DNA of 64,000 nt from Eledone cirrhosa. Its lineage: Eukaryota. The notes beneath the pieces were generated by a model that saw only the letters and a list, made by a program, of their open reading frames with translations, had not been told where the DNA came from and made no database searches. Positions 52,901 to 64,000 of the stretch are shown piece by piece. The stretch lies in NCBI GenBank assembly GCA_964016885.1, contig OZ024741.1:259098001-259162000 (forward strand), written 5' to 3'. Made by a program: the position numbers and the translations under genes. Within the stretch, counting starts at the first letter, position 1; each line of letters opens with the position of its first letter.

Positions 52901-55900
52901 CTCGTAAAGCGAAACGTATCAATAAAGATTAATGTAATGAATTTGAAAAGCATAGAGATTTGAAACCGCGTCTATTTGTTATTTTCGTAAGTCGAAACAC
53001 TCGTAAGCCGAAACACTCGTGAGCCGAAACACTCGTAAGTCGGAACACTCGTAAGTCAGAACACTCGTAAGTCAGAACACTCGTAAGTTAGAACACTCGT
53101 AAGTCAGAACACTCGTAAGTCAGAACACTCGTAAGTCGAAACACTCGTATCGAAACACTCGTATGTCAAAACACCCGTAAGTCAAAACACTCGTAAGTCG
53201 AAACACTCGTAAGTCGAAACACTCGTAAGCCGAAACACTCGAAAGCCGAAACACTCGTAAGTCGGAACACTCGTAAGTCGGAACACTCGTAAGTCAGAAC
53301 ACTCGTAAGTCAGAACACTCGTAAGTCAGAACACTCGTAAGTCAGAACACTCGTAAGTCGAAACACTCGTATCGAAACACTCGTATGTCAAAACACCCGT
53401 AAGTCAAAACACTCGTAAGTCGAAACACTCGTAAGTCGAAACACTCGTATGTCGAAACATCCGTAAATCAGAACACTCGTAAGTCGAAACACTCGTAAGT
53501 CGAAACACTCGTAAGCCGAAACACTCGTAAGTCGAAGCACTCGTATCGAAACACTCGTAAGTCGAAACACCCTTAAGTCAAAACACTCGTAAGCCAAAAC
53601 ACTCGTAAGTCGAAACACTCGTAAGTCGGAACACTCGTAAGTCAGAACACTCGTAAGTCAGAACACTCGTAAGTGGAAACACGCGTAAGTCGAAAGACCC
53701 GTAAGTCAAAAATCTCGTAAGTCAAAACACTCGTAAGCCGAAACACTCGTAAGTCGAAACACTCGTAAGTCGAAACACTCGTAAGTCGAAACATTCGTAA
53801 AGCGAAACGTATAAATAAAGATTAATGTAATGAACTTGAAAAGCATAGATATTTGAAACCGCGTCTATTTGTTATTTTCGTAAGTCGAAACACTCGTAAG
53901 TCAGAACACTCGTAAGTCAGAACACTCTTAAGTCAGAACACTCGTATCGAAACACGTATGTCAAAACACCCGTAAGTCAAAACACTCGTAAGTCGAAACA
54001 CTCGTAAGTCGAAACACTCGTAAGCCGAAACAATCGTAAGTCAAAACACTCGTAAGTCGAAACACTCGTAAGCCGAAAATACTCGTAAGTCGGAACACCC
54101 GTAAGCCGAAACCCTCGTAGGTCGGAACACTCGTAAGTCGAAACACTCGTAAGTCGAAACACTCGTAAGCCGAAACACTCGTAAGTCGAAGCACTCGTAT
54201 CGAAACACTCGTAAGTCGAAACACCCTTAAGTCAAAACACTCGTAAGCCAAAACACTCGTAAGTCGAAACACTCGTAAGTCGGAACACTCGTAAGTCAGA
54301 ACACTCGTAAGTCAGAACACTCGTAAGTGGAAACACGCGTAAGTCGAAACAGTCATAAGTCGAAACACTCGTAAGTCGAAACACCCGTAAGTCGAAACAC
54401 CCGTAAGTCGAAACACTCGTATGTCGAATAACTCGTAAGCCGAAACACCGTAAGTCAAAACACTCGTAAGTCGAAACACTCGTAAGTCGAAACACGCATA
54501 AGCCGAAACACTCGTAAGCCAAAACATTCGTAAGTCGAAACACTCGTAAGTCGAAACACCCATAGCCGAAACACTCGTAAGTCTGAACACACGTAAGTCA
54601 GAACAGCCGTAAGTCAGAACACTCGTAAGTCAGAACACTCGTAAGTCAGAACACTCGTAAGTCAGAGCACTCGTATCGAAACACTCGTATGTCAAAACAC
54701 CCGTAAGTCAAAACACTCGTAAGTCGAAACACTCGTAAGCCGAAACACCGTAAGCCAAAACACTCGTAAGTCGAAACACCCGTAAGTCGGAACACTCGTA
54801 AGTCGAAACACTCGTAAGTCGAAACACTCGTAAGCCGAAACACTCGTAAGCCGAAACACTCGTAAGTCGGAACACTCGTAAGTCGGAACACTCGTAAGTC
54901 AGAACACTCGTAAGTCAGAACACTCGTAAGTCAGAACACTCGTAAGTCAGAACACTCGTAAGTCGAAACACTCGTATCGAAACACTCGTATGTCAAAACA
55001 CCCGTAAGTCAAAACACTCGTAAGTCGAAACACTCGTAAGTCGAAACACTCGTATGTCGAAACATCCGTAAATCAGAACACTCGTAAGTCGAAACACTCG
55101 TAAGTCGAAACACTCGTAAGCCGAAACACTCGTAAGTCGAAGCACTCGTATCGAAACACTCGTAAGTCGAAACACCCTTAAGTCAAAACACTCGTAAGCC
55201 AAAACACTCGTAAGTCGAAACACTCGTAAGTCGGAACACTCGTATGTCAGAACACTCGTAAGTCAGAACACTCGTAAGTGGAAACACGCGTAAGTCGAAA
55301 GACCCGTAAGTCAAAAATCTCGTAAGTCAAAACACTCGTAAGCCGAAACACTCGTAAGTCGAAACACTCGTAAGTCGAAACATTCGTAAAGCGAAACGTA
55401 TAAATAAAGATTAATGTAATGAACTTGAAAAGCATAGATATTTGAAACCGCGTCTATTTGTTATTTTCGTAAGTCGAAACACTCGTAAGTCAGAACACTC
55501 GTAAGTCAGAACACTCTTAAGTCAGAACACTCGTATCGAAACACGTATGTCAAAACACCCGTAAGTCAAAACACTCGTAAGTCGAAACACTCGTAAGTCG
55601 AAACACTTGTAAGCCGAAACAATCGTAAGTCAAAACACTCGTAAGTCGAAACACTCGTAAGCCGAAAATACTCGTAAGTCGGAACACCCGTAAGCCGAAA
55701 CCCTCGTAGGTCGGAACACTCGTAAGTCGAAACACTCGTAAGTCGAAACACCCGTAAGTCGAAACACTCGTAAGTCGAAACACCCGTAAGTCGAAACATC
55801 CGTAAGTCAAAACACTCGTATGTCGAAACACTCGTAAGCCGAAACACTCGTAAGTCGGAACACTCGCAAGTCAGAACACTCGTAAGTCAGAACACTCGTA

Positions 55901-56330
55901 AGTCGAAACACTCGTAAGTCGAAACACCCGTAAGTCTAAACGCCCGTAAGTCGAAACACTCGTATGTCGAAACACTCGCAAGCCGAAAAACCGTAAGTCA
56001 AAACACTCGTAAGTCGAAACACTCGTAAATCGAAACACTCGTAAGCCGAAACACTCGTAAGCGAAAACATTCGTTAGTCGAAACACTCGTATCCCGAAAC
56101 ACTCGTAAGTCGAAACACTCGAAAGCCGAAACACTCGTAAGTCGAAACACTCATAAGCCGAAACACTCGTAAGTCGGAACACTCGTAAGTCAGAACACCC
56201 GTAAATCAGAACACTCGTAGTCAGAACACTCGTAAGTCGAAACACTCGTAAGCCGAAACACTCGCAAGTCGAAGCACTCGTAATCCGAAACACTCTTAAG
56301 TCGAAACACTCGTAAGTCGGAACAATCGTA
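45850..56330 (+). repeat. Higher-order repeat, period 3552 bp (~3 copies)
   Basis: Offset +3552: 47128/50680/54232, 48294/51846/55398, 49364/52916, 50257/53809. The start of the first copy is offset by 3488 (45876/49364) because four monomers are missing. Confidence 0.92.
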
Positions 56331-56714
56331 AGTCAGAACACTCGTAAGTCAGAACACTCGTAAGTCGAAACACTCGTAAGCCGAAACATCCGTAAGTCAA
56401 AACATCCGTAAGTCAAAACATTCGTAAGTCGAACACCCGTAGTCGAAACACTCGCAAGTCGAAACACTCGTAAGTCGAAACACGCGTAAGTCGAAACACA
56501 TGTAAGTCAAAACACTCGTAAGTCAAAACACTCGTAAGCCGAAACACTCGTAAGTCGAAACACTCGTAAGTCGAAACACTCGTAAAGCGAAACGTATAAA
56601 TAAATATTAATGTAATGAATTTGAAAAGCATAGAGATTTGAAACCGCGTCTATTTGTTATTTTCGTAAGTCGAAACACTCGTAAGCCGAAACACTCGTGA
56701 GCCGAAACACTCGT

Positions 56715-59700
56715 ATGTCAAAACACCCGTAAGTCAAAACACTCGTAAGTCGAAACACTCGTAAGTCGAAACACTCGTAAGCCGAAACACTCGTAAGCCG
56801 AAACACTCGTAAGTCGGAACACTCGTAAGTCGGAACACTCGTAAGTCAGAACACTCGTAAGTCAGAACACTCGTAAGTCAGAACACTCGTAAGTCAGAAC
56901 ACTCGTAAGTCGAAACACTCGTATCGAAACACTCGTATGTCAAAACACCCGTAAGTCAAAACACTCGTAAGTCGAAACACTCGTAAGTCGAAACACTCGT
57001 ATGTCGAAACATCCGTAAATCAGAACACTCGTAAGTCGAAACACTCGTAAGTCGAAACACTCGTAAGCCGAAACACTCGTAAGTCGAAGCACTCGTATCG
57101 AAACACTCGTAAGTCGAAACACCCTTAAGTCAAAACACTCGTAAGCCAAAACACTCGTAAGTCGAAACACTCGTAAGTCGGAACACTCGTAAGTCAGAAC
57201 ACTCGTAAGTCAGAACACTCGTAAGTGGAAACACGCGTAAGTCGAAAGACCCGTAAGTCAAAAATCTCGTAAGTCAAAACACTCGTAAGCCGAAACACAC
57301 GTAAGTCGAAACACTCGTAAGTCGAAACATTCGTAAAGCGAAACGTATAAATAAAGATTAATGTAATCAACTTGAAAAGCATAGATATTTGAAACCGCGT
57401 CTATTTGTTATTTTCGTAAGTCGAAACACTCGTAAGTCAGAACACTCGTAAGTCAGAACACTCTTAAGTCAGAACACTCGTATCGAAACACGTATGTCAA
57501 AACACCCGTAAGTCAAAACACTCGTAAGTCGAAACACTCGTAAGTCGAAACACTCGTAAGCCGAAACAATCGTAAGTCAAAACACTCGTAAGTCGAAACA
57601 CTCGTAAGCCGAAAATACTCGTAAGTCGGAACACCCGTAAGCCGAAACCCTCGTAAGTCGGAACACTCGTAAGTCAGAACACCCGTAAGTCAGAACACTC
57701 GTAGTCAGAACACTCGTTAGTCGAAACACTCGTAAGCCGAAACACTCTTAAGTCGAAGCACTCGTAATCCGAAACACTCTTAAGTCAGAACACCCGTAAG
57801 TCAGAACACTCGTAAGTCAGAACACTCGTAAGTCAGAACACTCGTAAGTCAGAGCACTCGTATCGAAACACTCGTATGTCAAAACACCCGTAAGTCAAAA
57901 CACTCGTAAGTCGAAACACTCGTAAGTCGAAACACTCGTAAGCCGAAACACCGTAAGCCAAAACACTCGTAAGTCGAAACACCCGTAAGTCGGAACACTC
58001 GTAAGTCGAAACACTCGTAAGCCGAAACACTCATAAGCCGAAACACTCGTAAGTCGGAACACTCGTAAGTCAGAACACCCGTAAGTCAGAACACTCGTAG
58101 TCAGAACACTCGTTAGTCGAAACACTCGTAAGCCGAAACACTCTTAAGTCGAAGCACTCGTAATCCGAAACACTCTTAAGTCGAAACACTCGTAAGTCGG
58201 AAGACTCGTAAGTCAGAACACTCGTAAGTCAGAACACTCGTAAGTCGAAACACTCGTAAGCCGAAACATCCGTAAGTCAAAACATCCGTAGGTCAAAACA
58301 TTCGTAAGTCGAAACACCCGTAGTCGAAACACTCGCATGTCGAAACACTCGTAAGTCGAAACACGCGTAAGTCGAAACACATGTAAGTCAAAACACTCGT
58401 AAGTCAAAACACTCGTAAGCCGAAACACTCGTAAGTCGAAACACTCGTAAAGCGAAACGTATAAATAAAGATTAATGTAATGAATTTGAAAAGCATAGAG
58501 ATTTGAAACCGCGTCTATTTGTTATTTTCGTAAATCGAAACACTCGTAAGCCGAAACACTCGTGAGCCGAAACACTCGTAAGTCGGAACACTCGTAAGTC
58601 AGAACACTCGTAAGTCAGAACACTCGTAAGTTAGAACACTCGTAAGTCAGAACACTCGTAAGTCAGAACACTCGTAAGTCAGAACACTCGTAAGTCGAAA
58701 CACTCGTATCGAAACACTCGTATGTCAAAACACCAGTAAGTCAAAACACTCGTAAGTCGAAACACTCGTAAGCCGAAACACCGTAAGTCAAAACACTCGT
58801 AAGTCGAAACACTCGTAAGTCGAAACACTCGTAAGTCGAAACACTCGTAAGCCGAAACACTCGTAAGCCGAAACACTCGTAAGTCGGAACACTCGTAAGT
58901 CAGAACACTCATAAGTCAGAACACTCGTAAGTCAGAACACTCGTAAGTCGAAACACTCGTAAGCCGAAACACCGTAAGTCGAAACACCCGTATGTCGAAA
59001 CACTCGTAAGCCGAAACACTCTTAAGTCGAAACACTCATAAGCCGAAACACTCGTAAGTCGGAACACTCGTAAATCAGAACACCCGCAAGTCAGAACACT
59101 CGTAAATCAGAACACTCTTAAGTCGAAACTCACGTACGCCGAAACACTCGTAAGTCGAAACACTCGTAAGTCGAAACATCCTTAAGTCGAAACACTCGTA
59201 CACCGAAACACTCGTAAGTATAAACATTAGTAAGTCGAAACACTCGTATGTCGAAACACTCGTAAACCGAAACACTCGTAAGTCGGAACACTCGTAAGTC
59301 AGAACACTCGTAAGTCAGAACACTCGTAAGTCGAAACACTCATAAGTCGAAACACTCGTAAGTCGAAACACCCGTAAGTCGAAACAACCGTAAGTCGAAA
59401 CACTCGTATGTCGAATAACTCGTAAGCCGAAACACTCGTAAGCCAAAACATTCGTAAGTCGAAACACTCGTAAACCGAAACACTCGTAAGCCAAAACATT
59501 CGTAAGTCTAAACACTCGTAAGTCGAAACACCCATAGCCGAAACACTTGTAAGTCTGAACACACGTAAGTCAGAACACCCGTAAGTCATAACACTCGTAA
59601 GTCAGAACACTCGTAAGTCAGAACACTCGTAAGTCAGAGCACTCGTATCGAAACACTCGTATGTCAAAACACCCGTAAGTCAAAACACTCGTAAGTCGAA

Positions 59701-62700
59701 ACACTCGTAAGCCGAAACACCGTAAGCCAAAACACTCGTAAGTCGAAACATCCGTAAGTCGCAACACTCGTAAGTCGAAACACTCGTAAGTCGAAACACT
59801 CGTAAGCCGAAACACTCGTAAGCCGAAACACTCGTAAGTCGGAACACTCGTAAGTCGGAACACTCGTAAGTCAGAACACTCGTAAGTCAGAACACTCGTA
59901 AGTCAGAACACTCGTAAGTCAGAACACTCGTAAGTCGAAACACTCGTATCGAAACACTCGTATGTCAAAACACCCGTAAGTCAAAACACTCGTAAGTCGA
60001 AACACTCGTAAGTCGAAACATTCGTATGTCGAAACATCCGTAAATCAGAACACTCGTAAGTCGAAACACTCGTAAGTCGAAACACTCGTAAGCCGAAACA
60101 CTCGTAAGTCGAAGCACTCGTATCGAAACACTCGTAAGTCGAAACACCCTTAAGTCAAAACACTCGTAAGCCAAAACACTCGTAAGTCGAAACACTCGTA
60201 AGTCGGAACACTCGTAAGTCAGAACACTCGTAAGTCAGAACACTCGTAAGTGGAAACACGCGTAAGTCGAAACAGTCATAAGTCGAAACACTCGTAAGTC
60301 GAAACACCCGTAAGTCGAAACACCCGTAAGTCGAAACACTCGTATGTCGAATAACTCGTAAGCCGAAACACCGTAAGTCAAAACACTCGTAAGTCGAAAC
60401 ACTCGTAAGTCGAAACACCCATAAGCCGAAACACTCGTAAGCCAAAACATTCGTAAGTCGAAACACTCGTAAGTCGAAACACCCATAGCCGAAACACTCG
60501 TAAGTCTGAACACACGTAAGTCAGAACAGCCGTAAGTCAGAACACTCGTAAGTCAGAACACTCGTAAGTCAGAACACTCGTAAGTCAGAGCACTCGTATC
60601 GAAACACTCGTATGTCAAAACACCCGTAAGTCAAAACACTCGTAAGTCGAAACACTCGTAAGCCGAAACACCGTAAGCCAAAACACTCGTAAGTCGAAAC
60701 ACCCGTAAGTCGGAACACTCGTAAGTCGAAACACTCGTAAGTCGAAACACTCGTAAGCCGAAACACTCGTAAGCCGAAACACTCGTAAGTCGGAACACTC
60801 GTAAGTCGGAACACTCGTAAGTCAGAACACTCGTAAGTCAGAACACTCGTAAGTCAGAACACTCGTAAGTCAGAACACTCGTAAGTCGAAACACTCGTAT
60901 CGAAACACTCGTATGTCAAAACACCCGTAAGTCAAAACACTCGTAAGTCGAAACACTCGTAAGTCGAAACACTCGTATGTCGAAACATCCGTAAATCAGA
61001 ACACTCGTAAGTCGAAACACTCGTAAGCCGAAACACTCGTAAGTCGAAGCACTCGTATCGAAACACTCGTAAGTCGAAACACCCTTAAGTCAAAACACTC
61101 GTAAGCCAAAACACTCGTAAGTCGAAACACTCGTAAGTCGGAACACTCGTATGTCAGAACACTCGTAAGTCAGAACACTCGTAAGTGGAAACACGCGTAA
61201 GTCGAAAGACCCGTAAGTCAAAAATCTCGTAAGTCAAAACACTCGTAAGCCGAAACACTCGTAAGTCGAAACACTCGTAAGTCGAAACATTCGTAAAGCG
61301 AAACGTATAAATAAAGATTAATGTAATGAACTTGAAAAGCATAGATATTTGAAACCGCGTCTATTTGTTATTTTCGTAAGTCGAAACACTCGTAAGTCAG
61401 AACACTCGTAAGTCAGAACACTCTTAAGTCAGAACACTCGTATCGAAACACGTATGTCAAAACACCCGTAAGTCAAAACACTCGTAAGTCGAAACACTCG
61501 TAAGTCGAAACACTCGTAAGCCGAAACAATCGTAAGTCAAAACACTCGTAAGTCGAAACACTCGTAAGCCGAAAATACTCGTAAGTCGGAACACCCGTAA
61601 GCCGAAACCCTCGTAGGTCGGAACACTCGTAAGTCGAAACACTCGTAAGTCGAAACACCCGTAAGTCGAAACACTCGTAAGTCGAAACACCCGTAAGTCG
61701 AAACATCCGTAAGTCAAAACACTCGTATGTCGAAACACTCGTAAGCCGAAACACTCGTAAGTCGGAACACTCGCAAGTCAGAACACTCGTAAGTCAGAAC
61801 ACTCGTAAGTCGAAACACTCGTAAGTCGAAACACCCGTAAGTCGAAACGCCCGTAAGTCAAAACACTCGTATGTCGAAACACTCGCAAGCCGAAAAACCG
61901 TAAGTCAAAACACTCGTAAGTCGAAACACTCGTAAATCGAAACACTCGTAAGCCGAAACACTCGTAAGCGAAAACATTCGTTAGTCGAAACACTCGTATC
62001 CCGAAACACTCGTAAGTCGAAACACTCGAAAGCCGAAACACTCGTAAGTCGAAACACTCATAAGCCGAAACACTCGTAAGTCGGAACACTCGTAAGTCAG
62101 AACACCCGTAAATCAGAACACTCGTAGTCAGAACACTCGTAAGTCGAAACACTCGTAAGCCGAAACACTCGCAAGTCGAAGCACTCGTAATCCGAAACAC
62201 TCTTAAGTCGAAACACTCGTAAGTCGGAACACTCGTAAGTCAGAACACTCGTAAGTCAGAACACTCGTAAGTCGAAACACTCGTAAGCCGAAACATCCGT
62301 AAGTCAAAACATCCGTAAGTCAAAACATTCGTAAGTCGAAACACCCGTAGTCGAAACACTCGCAAGTCGAAACACTCGTAAGTCGAAACACGCGTAAGTC
62401 GAAACACATGTAAGTCAAAACACTCGTAAGTCAAAACACTCGTAAGCCGAAACACTCGTAAGTCGAAACACTCGTAAGTCGAAATACTCGTAAAGCGAAA
62501 CGTATAAATAAATATTAATGTAATGAATTTGAAAAGCATAGAGATTTGAAACCGCGTCTATTTGTTATTTTCGTAAGTCGAAACACTCGTAAGCCGAAAC
62601 ACTCGTGAGCCGAAACACTCGTAAGTCGGAACACTCGTAAGTCAGAACACTCGTAAGTCAGAACACTCGTAAGTTAGAACACTCGTAAGTCAGAACACTC

Positions 62701-64000
62701 GTAAGTCAGAACACTCGTAAGTCGAAACACTCGTATCGAAACACTCGTATGTCAAAACACCCGTAAGTCAAAACACTCGTAAGTCGAAACACTCGTAAGT
62801 CGAAACACTCGTAAGCCGAAACACTCGTAAGCCGAAACACTCGTAAGTCGGAACACTCGTAGGTCGGAACACTCGTAAGTCAGAACACTCGTAAGTCAGA
62901 ACACTCGTAAGTCAGAACACTCGTAAGTCAGAACACTCGTAAGTCGAAACACTCGTATCGAAACACTCGTATGTCAAAACACCCGTAAGTCAAAACACTC
63001 GTAAGTCGAAACACTCGTAAGTCGAAACACTCGTATGTCGAAACATCCGTAAATCAGAACACTCGTAAGTCGAAACACTCGTAAGTCGAAACACTCGTAA
63101 GCCGAAACACTCGTAAGTCGAAGCACTCGTATCGAAACACTCGTAAGTCGAAACACCCTTAAGTCAAAACACTCGTAAGCCAAAACACTCGTAAGTCGAA
63201 ACACTCGTAAGTCGGAACACTCGTAAGTCAGAACACTCGTAAGTCAGAACACTCGTAAGTGGAAACACGCGTAAGTCGAAAGACCCGTAAGTCAAAAATC
63301 TCGTAAGTCAAAACACTCGTAAGCCGAAACACTCGTAAGTCGAAACACTCGTAAGTCGAAACATTCGTAAAGCGAAACGTATAAATAAAGATTAATGTAA
63401 TCAACTTGAAAAGCATAGATATTTGAAACCGCGTCTATTTGTTATTTTCGTAAGTCGAAACACTCGTAAGTCAGAACACTCGTAAGTCAGAACACTCTTA
63501 AGTCAGAACACTCGTATCGAAACACGTATGTCAAAACACCCGTAAGTCAAAACACTCGTAAGTCGAAACACTCGTAAGTCGAAACACTCGTAAGCCGAAA
63601 CAATCGTAAGTCAAAACACTCGTAATTCGAAACACTCGTAAGCCGAAAATACTCGTAAGTCGGAACACCCGTAAGCCGAAACCCTCGTAGGTCGGAACAC
63701 TCGTAAGTCGAAACACTCGTAAGTCGAAACACCCGTAAGTCGAAACACTCGTAAGTCGAAACACCCGTAAGTCGAAACCTCCGTAAGTCAAAACACTCGT
63801 ATGTCGAAACACTCGTAAGCCGAAACACTCGTAAGTCGGAACACTCGCAAGTCAGAACACTCGTAAGTCAGAACACTCGTAAGTCGAAACACTCGTAAGT
63901 CGAAACACCCGTAAGTCGAAACGCCCGTAAGTCAAAACACTCGTATGTCGAAACACTCGCAAGCCGAAAAACCGTAAGTCAGAACACTCGTAAGTCGAAA
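56715..64000 (+). repeat. Second copy of a long-range (~20.8 kb offset) duplication of ~35930-43240
   Basis: Islands 36557/57345 and 37671/58459 (+20788), 40533/61305 (+20772), 42621/63379 (+20758). The private variants gtcgcaac, gtcataac and gtaattcgaaac are shared by the two copies. Confidence 0.88.

Larger units (their letters stand above)
1..64000 (+). repeat. 16-bp tandem satellite array (consensus AAGTCGAAACACTCGT), extending beyond both window edges
   Basis: Head-to-tail copies of aagtcgaaacactcgt run from base 1 to 64000. Common variants are gccgaaa, gtcggaa, gtcagaa, gtcaaaa, cacccgt, ctcata and gtatgtc, and there are 14-, 15- and 17-bp length variants. No inverted monomers were seen. 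Confidence 0.99.

Noticed and set aside
598-63448. CRISPR-like arrangement of constant islands with variable intervals
   Set aside because: The intervals are 0.7-8 kb of satellite monomers, not unique 25-45-bp spacers. No cas genes or leader are present.
193-63828. Hundreds of minus-strand ORFs encoding YECFDLRVFRLTSVST repeats
   Set aside because: A 16-bp unit gives a 48-bp/16-aa cycle through all three frames. The minus-strand consensus lacks stops, while the plus strand has TAA in each unit. The ORFs overlap in all frames, mostly use GTG/TTG starts, and end at TGA created by gtca variants. There is no coding signal.
1-64000. Telomerase-type 16-bp telomeric repeat as in some yeasts
   Set aside because: The consensus has no G-run-rich strand, and the ordered variants, islands and kb-scale HORs indicate recombinational amplification rather than templated addition.

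Overview
The whole 64 kb window is one uninterrupted, single-orientation satellite array built from a 16-bp monomer (consensus AAGTCGAAACACTCGT, 44% GC, two CpG per unit, roughly 3,800-3,900 units by arithmetic). I see no credible genes, RNA genes, CRISPR array or autonomous mobile element, and every listed ORF is a by-product of the repeat. The only non-monomer sequence is a conserved 70-bp, ~76% AT island found 36 times by manual count, always in the same orientation and in two subtypes (A and B). Monomer variants occur in a stereotyped order and form nested higher-order repeats (about 0.95-1, 2.07, 2.79, 3.55, 5.05-5.09, 5.57 and 20.8 kb). A more diverged, single-copy segment lies at about 15.0-17.0 kb. 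This architecture resembles eukaryotic heterochromatic or centromeric satellite, but neither the organism nor the function can be determined from the sequence. Block boundaries are approximate and were read by eye and from ORF-track offsets.
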